A stretch of 64,000 nucleotides of DNA from Cladosporium halotolerans (taxonomy: Eukaryota). The notes below the pieces were generated by a model, which saw only the letters and a program-made list of their open reading frames with translations, was not told the origin of the DNA and made no database searches. Shown in pieces: positions 36,149-48,081 of the stretch. A program made the translations under genes and the position numbers. How positions within the stretch are numbered: position 1 is the stretch's first letter; each line of letters opens with the position of its first letter. Where the stretch lies: contig NW_027191458.1 in assembly GCF_011745625.1 (NCBI RefSeq), forward strand, positions 496,001 through 560,000, read 5' to 3'.

Positions 36149-38186
36149 TCAGATCAGCAGGAAATCCCACTCCTTCTCGCGCATGACCTCGCGCCAGTGC
36201 ACGCCGCGGTGGTCGCCGGCCTCCGCCGCCGCGTCGTTGCGCGCCCAGATCGTCGCGAGGATCTCGCGGATGCGGCCGAAGGAGCCGAAGCCCGCGGCGT
36301 CGCCCAGCTTCGCGCAGCGGTCGGCGAACATGAAGCGGAAGGGCGTGCCGGCGGTGGCGCTGGCGCCCGCGACGAGCAGCGGCCAGGCGAGGCTGCGGTC
36401 GAAGCCGTCGGGGCCCTCGGGGATGAAGTTCATGAGCTCGCTGAACTGCGCGAGCAGGTGGCAGACGGCGGGGGAGCGGGGCTCGTAGCCGGGGACCAGG
36501 CTGACGAGGTAGATGCGGGCGGCGAGGCGGAAGACGGCGGTGAGGTTGGTGCGGAGCTGTTTGGGGCGGATGGCGCCGGTGGGGGAGAAGCAGGTGTCGA
36601 CGACGGAGCCGGCGGCGCACTCGAAGGAGCCGATCTCTGTCGCGAGGATCTGCACGTACTTGCAGAGCAGGATGTCGTCGAGGTCTTCGGAGCGCTGGAG
36701 GTCGAGGCAGGCGATCTCGGAGATCAGGAACATGATCTTGTCTTCGCAGCCCATGAGCTCGGCGAGGCCGGCGCTGCCCTGGTTGAGGTTCAGGTTGCGG
36801 TAGGTGTCGGCAAACACGGGCATGCGGCCGACCATGGTGGCACCGAGAATGTCGATCCAGGCGGTCAGAGTCATGTTGAACGGCGGGTGAGAGACGCCAG
36901 TGGTCGACATCTCGACGACGTTGCTGGGCAGCTCTAGTTTGTTCACAAGACTTGTGGCGGCCTGGAAGTGCTGGTGCCATGGAATGTCGGGGAGTGCATC
37001 GTCTGGGCGTCCGACCGAGCACTGGAAGAAGATCATGCCAAGAGTTGCCTCTAAGATACGGTCGTGGTTGGTGTCCCGGTTGAGTGCTTCGCAGAGCTCT
37101 GAAATTGCCGTGTATCGGTGACGGACGATGTCGTTGTCGATTTGCTCGCCAGAAATGCCGTCGGTTGCCTTCATGTGCGTCGCAGCGATGCTCAAACAGC
37201 AGTGGAGGTAAGCCTTGTTTGATTCCAGCGCTGGCAAAACCACGTCAGAGCGAGCTGAGCCGTGCTGATTCGTATCAAGAATGGGGAACACGAGCTTGAT
37301 AACCTTGTCCAAGAAATGGTTCAGGAGGTACTTGTCTCCCTCTTCAATATCAATCACGGTCTCGTGAGTCGGAGTGATTTGACCGTGCGGGAAGTCGAAG
37401 AAGTTGAAGTCGACTTGCTCTTCAGGGAAGGTCTCTTGCAGGTTCTCATGGTATTCTTGCTGTACCCAGCTGTCGGAGGGGTACCCGGATAGACCATTCG
37501 AGCTTGAAGGCGGCTGGTATGTGCTGAAAGTCGATATTGTTGAGTCTCTCCGAGTCTGCACTTCGTTGACGAAGATGGAGCGCTCGGTCTTGATATCGAT
37601 CTCGTAGGGTGAGTACATGGGATACTGCGCATGCGGCGCGGCGTACTGTGGGTGCGGCGGAATCTGGAAGTAGCTGTCCTGCGACACCTGACCAAAGTCG
37701 CAAGGGCCAGTGAAGGGGGTGTCGACTGAAGAAGCGCGGCTTTCAGGCATCGAGTCTGTGTACACCTCTACTGAGGTGGGAGCAGAGGGGATGGAGTGGC
37801 AAAGCGAGGGTGGCGTCGTTACACTTTGCAGCTGAGAAGGCTGCGGACCCTTCTTCGACATCTGCGTGTGCTTGATCACGTCCTTGATGTGTTCCTTTTG
37901 CTGGCGTCTTTGCTCTGTGTTGCCCCACCACATGGGTCGCTTGTAGTCGCAACGAAGGCCGAGATGTCTGCAGGCTTTACATGAAGGCTTGCCCTCCTCG
38001 CATTTCTTCCTGCGGAGTCTGCAAGTAAAGCATCCTGAAACACGATCAGTCCTAGCTCAATCGTGAAGAGCCGGGGTTGTCCGAAGGAAACGTACCAGAT
38101 CGCGATCTTCGGTGCATCTTGGATGCGGTTGTTGGTTTGCTCTCCGCTGAGAGCGCGGATGTTTTTGTTGCTGTTGATACGGCCAT
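36149..38186 (-). CDS. pro1: Zn(II)2Cys6 transcription factor of the Pro1/ADV-1/NosA/RosA family; intron 38035-38095
   Basis: [44 protein letters not shown] after splicing; fungal-specific TF domain (LPDIPWHQHFQA, WIDILGATM, DRSLAWP); C-terminal HWREVMREKEWDFLLI. Confidence 0.92.
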
Positions 38187-41100
38187 CTTCGTGTTGGAGG
38201 TCGACGATCCTGCGCGCGACGCGGAAGAAGACATCTGCTAGTATATGTACAGAAAGAGGTGGATAGCTCCAAAAGGGTAGTCACCACGCCAATCAATGGC
38301 TGGGGTCGAACGGACAGGGAACGGGAAGGACGGTATAGCAGGGCACCAAGGGCCCGGAAGATTAAGCGATAGCGTACTCGGCCTGGCCAGCGGGCTCGAG
38401 TCTTGAAGACGCACGAAGGGAATGAGGGCTAATTAGTCGGTCAACGATGAGCTGGCCGTGAAAGAGGTCGAGGAGAGAGTACCTTATATGCCCTCACTTG
38501 GACAAATGCTCCCAAATTGGCCTGCATTCTATTCTTGGTGACCCGGCAAAGAGCATGGCGGACCGCAAGTGCGTACAGACTATTGAGGTGGCCGGACAGG
38601 AAATGTGAGCTAAATTGTGCAAGTAAGTGGAGGTAATGCAACGCCCAGGATGGGCGCCAAAGTGGCTGCAGATCGTCCAATGACCACCCACCTAGATTTC
38701 GAGCTATTCTTGCGAGCCGCTGCCGTACGACGATCCGACTGGCAGGGCCGGTTAGATGAATGCAGCTTGGCTGCACCTACTGTTCTTCACTCGGACCATT
38801 ATCGCAAGCTTGCATGACAGCGTTGCACCGGGTAAAGCATATGTTGGGAGTCATGCGAATTCTACTAGATCTGCGGGCCCTGGCCCATAGACTTTCTGGT
38901 CCCCTCTGCAGATTTGGGGGAGGCTTTCGGCCCGTAGGCGAAGCGGCGAGCGTCTTGCGGGCCCGCGTCGACTATGAAGACCGTATGCTACGAAGACTGG
39001 CCTTCTATGAGAGTCACCAGGTCCGGTGTGTCCACCGAATGACGGCAACTGCTGCCCAACACAGGTCACGACGACACTCTCAGCCACGGTCTCTCCACAT
39101 GAAGGCAGTCCGGTTGGGTCCCCAGCGCAATCCTACCTGTCAAAAACGGGGCAGGTGGAGCTCGCATGAGAGGCCGGCTAGGACTGCATGCCGTCAGCAC
39201 TGCTGCCACTGGGGACAGGGAGGAGTGCTCTAGCAGGGCCGGATCGTCTGCGGCGTAGACTTCAGGGCCGCGGACGTGGCGTGGAGTACAAGATTGGCCG
39301 GCAGGATGAGGCGATACGGGCCTCGACGGGAGGACGGCGAGGCAGGTGGTCGGTTGCAGGGGAGCAGGGCACGGAGGCACAAGCGCCGGTGGGTGTGATG
39401 GGCAGGATGAGGCTGCAGACAAACTACCGCAGAAGGAATCTGGGGTTGGCGGGAGCAGGGAGTGAGGTTCGAGTAGCGTGTGATGGCGCTTGCGCAATCG
39501 GCCAATGAGCGCGGGGAAGCGGCTGAACGCTGCCCCCACGCTAATCAGGCGTGCAGATGTGGCTGACTCGCCGTTATTGCGCGAGGAGCAGCGACTACCA
39601 CTGCGTGCAGCGCAGCGTGGGCAGCGCGATACCGCCCATACGTGACTCAACAGAGCGTGCGTGCAAAACAGCCTTCCGACGCCGTGGAAGTATGGCACCA
39701 CAGGCTCGTGGAGCGCGCCGCTTCTTCGAGCAAGGGCACTGCAGGCGAGCGTGCGCAGGGCGTCGACGGAAGGGCACAGCACGCGGGCAGCGCTCTTCAA
39801 CCCGTCGTGAATAGATGCATGCTGGTCGAGTCACGCGGGGCCTCCAGCAGCCAGTCGTCGGGTGCGATGCGCCTTGCAGGGCATCATTGGACGCACCGAT
39901 TCGGAGCCGTTGCGAGCGAGTACTGTCGATAGCAGGCCCGCCCTGGGCAATATCAACCACAGCGTTAATCGCTAGGTTCCTGTCTGCCGGCCTAATTAAT
40001 TAGCTGTCCGTTTCGAGCGCAGGCTCCAGACCCCGCCAGACAAGCCTCGTCACGTCTCTTCCGCCGTGAGGCTCGTTGGGGCGCGGGACGCTGGCCGAAT
40101 CGTCATCTCGTCACTTCGCTAGCTCGTCGTGTCGGGATATCGATCCTGCGCCTGCAGCACGCCCATTTCCTCCACTCGGGGACTCGAGCGGTCTGCAGTG
40201 TGCAGCAGGCCGCCGCCCGTGACTATGCCGCCCGGGCGTGACCTCACGCGGCCACACGCAGCCCGGCCACCGCTCGTGGCCGCCGTGTGAGGCGTGTGCG
40301 ACGCGCCCTTGCATGATGGCTTTATGCGAGCACTACCGCTCGCAACGCGTCCTGCGTGAGCCGCCAGAGCTTCAGAGGCCGGTAGCACGCGTCGGGGGTG
40401 CTGTAGCTGTTGTGTTCGAGTGCATGCATAGCTCGCCGTCCAAATACGTTTCCCCTGCAGGCTGTGTGAGGCACTGTGCTGTAGGTGAGGCGTAGTGCCT
40501 GGGAGCGTTATGCTGGGCGTTGCCAACAGTCGGAACGGCAAGGCGGACGTTGCTCCTCCCGCTTCGACCCGATGCGAACCTTCTTGCGCGCACTGACTCG
40601 AAGCGACCTCAGCAGACCATCGCTCGCCTGGCCCATACCACCCGCCATAGGCCAGCAAAGAATAGCAGCTAATTAGCCCGCCGCCAACCTGCGTCCACGT
40701 CGGGGAGCAGATTGTCCGCCGTGCGACTAGACGGCCGAGGGTGGCAGGTAGCTGTGCTGTCGCCAGCCTTAGCGCGGTAACCAGTGCCCAATCGTCTGTA
40801 GCCGCCGGCCTGTGACGGCCATGACAGGCTGCGAGGGAGCAGATGCGCGACCAGGGCCTACGCTCAAGGGTGGATAGAATGCGCGAATCCAGGGACGCTG
40901 CATGGCCCTGATGCAGGCATTGGCCGCGGGCTGGAAGTGAAGGCCCACGCAGCGGCGCAGGATGCTTCGGATGGTGCTCGCAGTTGGCGCCGGCAGCGCT
41001 GTTGTCGTGCATGCGCTTCTGCAGACGCACAACGTGCGTCTGAGCTTATGCGCGCGCGAGAAAGATGGCTGTCGCCCGAGGGTATAGAGGGAGGAAGGCA

Positions 41101-41279
41101 CTCCCTCGCGTACGGAGACCGCCTGAGATCGATCCGCCCTTCCCTCTACGCCGCACGCTTGCATCGGCTACGCGAACGACGGGACTAAGAAACGCAAGTC
41201 GACGTAGAGCAACACCAACTCACACCAGGAAGCAACATCGAACTGTAGACTGGGCTCACGCCGGCACTGTGCCGCCGCA

Positions 41280-43889
41280 ATGCAGGCTACCACACCGGTG
41301 TTGCCGAGGAACGTCGGCGACAAGATGTTCTTGCGGGCAAACAAATATCCCATGATGTCGCCGAGAACACCAACAACTCGCCCGCTGTCAGAAGCTACAG
41401 AGATATTCGACACGGACGGCGATGACGACAGCGAATTCGAGGAAGCACAGGCGATGGCCTACCAACAGCCACCGTCTCCCAGGGAAAGTGTCGGTTCAGT
41501 AAGTCGAATCAGATTATACGTTGGAATCGTCCCGTTACTGACGTAGCAGCAGGACGACAGCAGACGAAGAAGTCAGACCACCGTCTCGTCTTATGAAGAA
41601 GCTCCAACTCCCGATTCCAGCTCAAGTCGAAGTCGAAGGAGGCCTTTCGAGTTGCAGCTCAAGCCCGTGGAAGGACCTAAGGGTCCACACTTGTTCAGGT
41701 CATCTCAGATATCCACAGACTCCAGCTTCGACTATGCTTTGCAGATGTCTCCTTTGCTGCCAAAGCATCCCCCGCCTCGGACAGAAACGGCCTTTTCTCA
41801 AAACACGGTGACTCCGGTTTCCCAGCAACCTGCTATCAGCTTCTCGATCGACGCCCTTATGAACAACCCCTCCGATGACTTCACCTCCGCAGAAGCCGCA
41901 ATACGACAGTGGAACCCTACCCAGGTGATAGACTGGATGGTCGACACCGGTATCGACGAATCAGTCATTGAGTGCTTCGAGAAACACGACATCAGCGGTG
42001 CTGTGCTGTTGGCTCTGCAGTTCGACGACCTCAAGGAGATCGGTATTCATTCTTTTGGCAAGCGCCACCAGCTCTGGGACGCCATCTCAGCCGTACAAGG
42101 CAAAGAGGGTATTGCTCCAGAGCCAACTCCGTTCCAAGACACTAGCCGGCCCTGCACTACCGACACAAGACGCTCACCAAGTTGTTCTCGGAATGCATGC
42201 GACACACCCATCGAGTGCGATGTGCCTGCCCTGGAGCCAACCAAATCGAAAAAACGACGGGGACGAAAGGCGCCCAAAGCACCTGGGCCTACCACGCCCA
42301 TGGAATCAGTTTCCATTGTCGCGATAGAGCAGCTTCTTCCTAAGCCACACACCTGTGCTAAAGGCGAAGATTGCGCCAAGTGGCGTAAGCAGCAACGAGA
42401 GCTGAAACTTCTGCACCAGGAGAACGGCATCGGCAGATTCCCAATCAGCCCGACCAAGGGTGGCCGCATATTCGTACACGGTGACCCTGGCAATGCTGCC
42501 ACGGCGAGGAACATTGTGCCCCGTGAAGTCGAAAGGCAACGTGAAGAATCTTACGAGCCGCATTCAGAGGTCATTCCTTCGATTGTGGCGTCATCTGATG
42601 TCTTCGGTCCAAGCCAGCTTCCTGCTTTTGCGCTGCACGAGGGCATGCTTGAGCGGATCGACAAACGCGATCCACAAGAAAATGTCAAGCAATTCCTAAA
42701 CTTCCAGCACATGCAGTCACCTGTGTCGCCCATGGAAGACCAGTACCTCGACGGGACCTTGACCCCCATCGAGCGGCCGGCCACGTCGCCTCCGCAAAGG
42801 CGAGCTCCCGAGCCACTGCCATTGTTCCCTGAGGAGCATGTAACTCCGTTCCACCCACAGCAGACAGTACTGCAGCCGCTGCAATACAACTCTGGTCCAC
42901 ACCAGCACCTGAAGGCACTGCCGAAGCTTGACATTCCTCGCTCGGCGAGTGCCGCACCTGCGGCAAACTACATCAAGTCACCTGAGACTTCGAACATGAT
43001 TTGTCGGAGCACCACTGCTTCGCCGGGATCAGTCTACCGCCTGGGCACACCATCATCGGAGATGGATGTTCCAGTCACCTTCCAGGATGCCGGTCCCATT
43101 GAACGCGACACTTCACAATCGGTCCCTCCGAGCATGCAGTTCCGCGAGCAGCAACAACTTTCGCGATCGCACTCGCGCGCTCAGCCATGGCACCGCCCAT
43201 CCTTCGCACTGCCTGCTGTCAAGGAGAACGAAGTTTTCTCTCCCGTTTCGGACACGAAGAGCCGCCCAAGTCTGTCCTCTTCTCGTGCAGACAGCTCCAA
43301 CACCGCCAGCACCCGCAAGTCCAGCACATCGTCGATCGACTCCACAGCAAGCACCAAAGCCAAAGACCCCGCCCACCACAGCCCAACGACGCAGCAATTC
43401 GGCTACGGCGCCGAATGCACGCACGCGGGCTGGATGCGCAAGCGCAAGACCAAGATGCTGCGCCACGAGTGGCAAGACGCGCACTTCCGCCTCAAAGGCA
43501 CGCAGCTGGCCATGCATAGCAACGCGCGCCTCAGCGCCGCGGAGCTGGACTCCTTCGACGTCGACAAGTACGCCGTCGCCTGCTCGACGGCGCCCTCGAG
43601 CAGCAAGCTCAGCGCCGCCTTTAAGGGCCTGCACATCAGGAGCGACAGCAAGGGCAACGCCGATCCCGCGCCGTTCGCTTTCCAGCTCGTGCCGAATCGC
43701 GAGGGCGCTGGCGCCGGCGGTTCCGCGATGGGCCGGAAGAGTGCGGCGGACGGCGGCAAGACGCACCACTTTGCTGTCAAGACCAAGGACGAGCGCATCG
43801 ATTGGATGCGCGAGCTGATGCTTGCAAAGGCGCTGCAGCAGAAGGGCAAGGGGTACGAGGTCGAGGTGTACGGTGGCGAGCAGATCTGA
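41280..43889 (+). CDS. SAM- and PH-domain protein (Boi1/Pob1-related); intron 41499-41552
   Basis: SAM domain WNPTQVIDWM...HDISGAVLL...LKEIGIHSFGKRHQLW; PH domain HAGWMRKRKTKMLRHEWQD...HHFAVKTKDERIDWMRELM. Confidence 0.87.
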
Positions 43890-44327
43890 GCGCTTGCTGA
43901 GGCGCGATGGGAGTGCGGTGCATTTCATTTGTTCGTTCTTTTTGCTTGTTCGGCGTTTCGAGGTTGGCCTTGGCTGCATGCAGCCTTGAGCGCTTATGGA
44001 GGATACCCACTGATTTCAGATTTTCGGATTCCAGACGGCCTTGGAGGTAATGCCTGCCACTGGCACATATTAGGTATCTAGAGAAAAAATTTCGACCGAA
44101 GCGGATATGGCATGGGATCAGCTCAGGATAGCTTGACGAGTAAATGAAAACCGAACGTTCACGAGCATCCTGCTGGGCTCTGTCTTGTTGTTCTCGTTGC
44201 GTGCATTAATGGGTATCTTCGAAAAATCTTCCTTCTTCTCGCATGTGGCGTGGCGTGCATCGTCACAGCAAGCGCCGGCACAAAATCTAACCGCCGGAAC
44301 GCCAGGGCTTGTTTCAGCCATTGCCCC

Positions 44328-45152
44328 TTACCAGGCAGTCTTCCTCCTCCTGCCGGTGTATTTTGAGTTCGGCTTCACAATCTTGCCCTTCGCCTCGGAC
44401 TGCGCCTTTTTCCGTGTGATCCAGGCCTTGCTGCCTTTCCGCTCAAACTCCTTGCCTCGCTTCTTGTCCTTCCTTCTGGCATCCTGCACATCGACATCGC
44501 TCATCCTGCTGACGGTGCCCGAGACGTCTCCTCCACCAACCGTGAGCACCAGGTAGACCTTCAAGCTCTTCGTGTCCGGGTCGTCCTCCAGAATACCCGC
44601 GCCGAAGCCGGCTTTGATCGCCGCGTTGGAGATCATGCTCCTCTGCTGCGGGTTCTTGGGGTAGAACTGGCAGACTGCCTTGCCTCCTCGCCTCAAACTA
44701 GCATACAGCCCGTCGAAAAACCTCTTGAGCCTGCCTTCGGGCGTCACATCGCTCGTCTCCGCATTGCAAAGCCACTGGATCGCACTAATCGAAATGGCAG
44801 CGTCGAACGTGCCCGCGCGGAATGGGACTCCCTGCCCCATATCCGCGAGCAGCATGTCGCCCTCCACGTCGCGCTCCAGCGCCTCGCCCAGCATCGAGCT
44901 GGAGATGTCCATGCCGAACCAGGCGTGCGGCCCGCCGTGCTCTTCGGGCACGCCAGATAGGATCTCGCCGCTGAGGCCGGAGCCGCAGCCGACATCGAGG
45001 ATGAGCGAGGGGGTGTCGAGGTCGAGGAGCTCGAGGGCGCGGTTGGTCATGGACGCTTGGATGCTTTTTATGCGGCTGTTGGTGGTGTATTTGCGGGATT
45101 CGATGTCGTTGTAGAAGAGGTCGGGTGGGAGGATGTCTTCGGGGCGAGACAT
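44328..45152 (-). CDS. BUD23: 18S rRNA m7G methyltransferase Bud23
   Basis: MSRPEDILPPDLFYN; LDVGCGSGLSG; DMGQGVPFRAGTFDAAISISAIQWL; CQFYP; KYTGRRRK. Confidence 0.97.
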   Translation of the reverse strand: MSRPEDILPPDLFYNDIESRKYTTNSRIKSIQASMTNRALELLDLDTPSLILDVGCGSGLSGEILSGVPEEHGGPHAWFGMDISSSMLGEALERDVEGDMLLADMGQGVPFRAGTFDAAISISAIQWLCNAETSDVTPEGRLKRFFDGLYASLRRGGKAVCQFYPKNPQQRSMISNAAIKAGFGAGILEDDPDTKSLKVYLVLTVGGGDVSGTVSRMSDVDVQDARRKDKKRGKEFERKGSKAWITRKKAQSEAKGKIVKPNSKYTGRRRKTAW

Positions 45153-45460
45153 GGTGGCGGTTTATGTGTGTGTCGACTGAGGTATCTAGCGAATGTCTGG
45201 GGCAGCGAGTGGATGTGTTGTAGTATTTATTATGAGTAGTTCGCAAACAGCTTCCACTGCCAAAGTTGATTTCGATCTCTAAACTTTTGGCTCTCCAAGC
45301 CGATAAGATAGCACGGACCACTGTCCCGCAAGGAACAAGCGCCAGCAGTGACGAAACCCTGGGCCAAACAGCTGTGCTGATCTGCCCGCCGTGTCTAGAC
45401 TACAGGAATACGTAAAGCACTTGCGCTCCTCGTCCCGTATGCAACAACGATAGCAGCAAC

Positions 45461-46224
45461 ATGTGGATATTACCACTCCTCGTATGTTGCCATTGCAGTA
45501 TCGTTTCAAACGACAGTCTCACTAACACGACCACCAGGGCTACGCCGGCCTACTTCTAGGCTTCCTCTTCCTCACGCTGGCAATAGCCTCCGGCCTCTAC
45601 TACCTGTCCGAGCTCGTCGAAGAACACTCCGTCCTCGCGCGCAAAACCCTCAGCCGCATGATATACACGGTTATCGCGACACAAATTCTCCTCACAGTTG
45701 TCGACCGACTCCCCCTCTCGCTCTCCGCCCTCAGCATCGGCAGCCACATCCTGTACCTTCAGAACCTGCGGCGCTTCCCCTGGGTCAAGCTTACCGACCC
45801 AATCTTCCTCGCCTCCTGCGTGCTCGTGCTCGCGAACCACTACGCATGGTACCGGCACTTCTCGACGCCGCCGAGCCCGCCGCCGCGCTACAACTTCTAC
45901 GACCAGCCCAGCGCGCCGTCCTTCACGGAGATTGCGAGCTTCTTCGGCGTGCAGGTGTGGCTGGTGCCGTTCGCGCTGTTCGTCAGCCTGAGCGCGGGCG
46001 AGAACGTGCTGCCCAGCATGGGGTCGGAGTACGCGACGGGGGCCGGGAGCAGTTTTGTCAGCCCTGGCAGCGGGCCTGCTGGGGAGGTGAAGGCGGGCAG
46101 GAGTAGGGCTGGGACGCAGAATGCGGGGATGGCGAAGGCGGCGGTCAATGGTGTGAGGGAGTGGATTGGGGATACGGGAGAGCTTTTGGGCGCGTGGAAG
46201 GGGGAGAAGACGCGGCCGTTGTAA
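45461..46224 (+). CDS. SVP26: Svp26/TEX261 ER-Golgi transmembrane adaptor; intron 45482-45537
   Basis: MWILPLL|GYAGLLLGFLFLTLAIASGLYYLSELVEEH; IASFFGVQVWLVPFALFVSLSAGENVLP. Confidence 0.92.
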
Positions 46225-46592
46225 GATCATGTACCTGGGCGTTAAGGGTGGGAACCCTCTGAGCAGGCATTCGAAATGGCAAAGGTGATTGAGAACATGC
46301 ATGAGGTCTAGAAAGAATCAAACTTCCATTTTAAGGTTGTGCAGTTATGTAAAAGCAGAAAGCCGCGCGCATTATCAACACACCGACTGACTCTAAGCCC
46401 GATCGAATCAGGGCTGGAGTGTATTGTATCCAGAAGAACCAGAAAAGATAGATGTATTCCACAAGCCGTTGCAAGAAACCCTCGCCAACTTGGAACCGGA
46501 AACGGCCTTGATGGCAAAGATCAGAGCAGCTCGCCGGCTGCCCTTAGAGAAGCTTCACTCGTGAGAGGAAGTTTTTGATGGAAGAGAACATC

Positions 46593-47420
46593 CTATTCGA
46601 GCTTGTAGACGTGCTCGACGGCCTTGTCAAGGGCATCGCCAAGCTGCTGAAGAGAGCGCTCGACAACAGTGCAGTCGCCCTCGGGACCGTTGCACTCAGC
46701 CTCAACCTCGTCGAAGTCGACCTCACCAGCAACGCCGGCGGCGGCAAGAGCGTGGGTGTCGCGAGCGCAGGTGGTGCCAGGAAGACCGCAGAGACCAACA
46801 CGCCACTTCTTCTTCTTGGCCTCGGGCTCGGCGTCACGCTTGACAGCCTCGTGGAAGGCCTCGGCGGCCTTCAGAACAGTGTGGCACTCGCCACCCTCCT
46901 CAAAGCACTCCTCCTTGAAGATTTCGGGGTCGTCCTCCTTGATGAGATCGATGCCGCGCTTCATCCTGGCGCAGGTGATGCCAGGGTAGCCGCAAAGGCC
47001 CAAGCGAGCCTTCTTCTTCTTCTTGGGCTCGGGCTCAGCGGAGCGAGCGCAGGTAATGCCAGGGTAGCCACACAGGCCCGGACGACGCCTAATCGCAGCC
47101 TCAGCCGCAGCGTCGGCGTCACGCTCGAAGACGGTCTCGACGGTGGCATCGAGGGCATCCTCGACGTCGGCGAGGGCGCTACGAGCCTTGTGGCAGGTCA
47201 TGCCAGGGAAGCCACAGAGACCCTTGCGATAGCGGACCTTGGGCTCGGCGGCGGCAAGGGCATCAGAGACGGCGAGGGCCGCACGCTTCGCCTTGTGGCA
47301 GGTCATGCCGGGGAAGCCGCAGAGACCCTTGCGCCAACGCTTCTTGGGCTCGGCCTCGGCGTCGGCGAAGACGCTGGCGGAGAAGGCCAGAATGGCCAGG
47401 ACGGCGCTGGTGACCTTCAT
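46593..47420 (-). CDS. ppg1: Secreted Kex2/Ste13-processed repeat precursor, alpha-pheromone precursor (ppg1/ccg-4) type, 275 aa, five GLCxxPGxTC peptides
   Basis: Signal peptide MKVTSAVLAILAFSASVFA; X-A/X-P spacers (DAEAEP, AAAEP, DADAAAEA, SAEPEP, DAEPEA); KR/R sites; C-x3-G-x2-C cores; acidic spacers CFEEGGEC and CNGPEGDC typical of ccg-4-type precursors. Confidence 0.78.
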   Translation of the reverse strand: MKVTSAVLAILAFSASVFADAEAEPKKRWRKGLCGFPGMTCHKAKRAALAVSDALAAAEPKVRYRKGLCGFPGMTCHKARSALADVEDALDATVETVFERDADAAAEAAIRRRPGLCGYPGITCARSAEPEPKKKKKARLGLCGYPGITCARMKRGIDLIKEDDPEIFKEECFEEGGECHTVLKAAEAFHEAVKRDAEPEAKKKKWRVGLCGLPGTTCARDTHALAAAGVAGEVDFDEVEAECNGPEGDCTVVERSLQQLGDALDKAVEHVYKLE

Positions 47421-47630
47421 GTTGGTGTTGAAGAGTCGAGTTGGTTTGTTTGGTTTGTTCGAAGTTGTAGAAAAGAGCTGTAGTCTTGAATCTAGACCTA
47501 CTGCGATTGAAGTTCGAGGAGCCTGTTGAAAGAATGACTCGTTGGTGAGTGATCGAAAATGAAAACGGCAAGAAGAACGTGTGTTGATATATGGCACAGA
47601 AGAGGAGGAAATGACCGTTGACTGGAGAGA

Positions 47631-48081
47631 TCAATGAACCTATGAAAGAAGACAAGGGCTCTCATGATAGCGGTTCAATGGTTCAGTTAATGGTAGTGAT
47701 CTATTGAGCCCACAATGAAAACGCTATTGACGACCATATTCGGAACTTGGCTAGAGACTGACACGCTCGTCGCGAAATGAAACAAGCGCGTTGTCAATGG
47801 GATCGCTTGACAAGAGTCGTCAGGTGGCGTGGAACCGTCGGTGAATGGGGTTGAGAGGTGTAGATTGATGAGCGTGGCACGATCGTTTCAGGACGCCAGT
47901 TCGTTGGCCTGGGTTGAATTGCTCGTCTAGGCAGTCATCCGAGATCTAATGATAAGGTCAATGTTTCCAGCCTGTTCCCACGTGGAGCAGGGACACAATG
48001 GACCACAGCCGTGTTCGTGTGTTGTGGCAAGGCTGCATGGCTGGTTGTGGTGGGGCTAGTCCGGATTCTGGTCTCAATAAG
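47631..48081. promoter_or_regulatory. Cluster of MAT1-1-1/alpha-box-type (CTATTGAG, TCAATG) and Ste12 (TGAAACA) elements upstream of the pheromone precursor
   Basis: CTATTGAG 47701-47708, CTATTGAC 47724-47731, CTCAATAAG 48073-48081; TCAATG at 47631, 47675, 47794, 47958; TGAAACA 47778-47784; GTTTCA 47885-47890. Confidence 0.65.

Noticed and set aside
38441..41188. Many overlapping 60-300-aa ORFs in the pro1 / SAM-PH intergenic region
   Set aside because: Arg/Ala/Cys-rich translations typical of GC-rich non-coding DNA; consistent with a long divergent regulatory region.
46593..47420. Dikaritin/ustiloxin-type RiPP cluster around the repeat precursor
   Set aside because: No DUF3328 (UstY), tyrosinase or transporter nearby; neighbours are SVP26 and IDH1, and the Cys loop plus promoter motifs point to the pheromone type.
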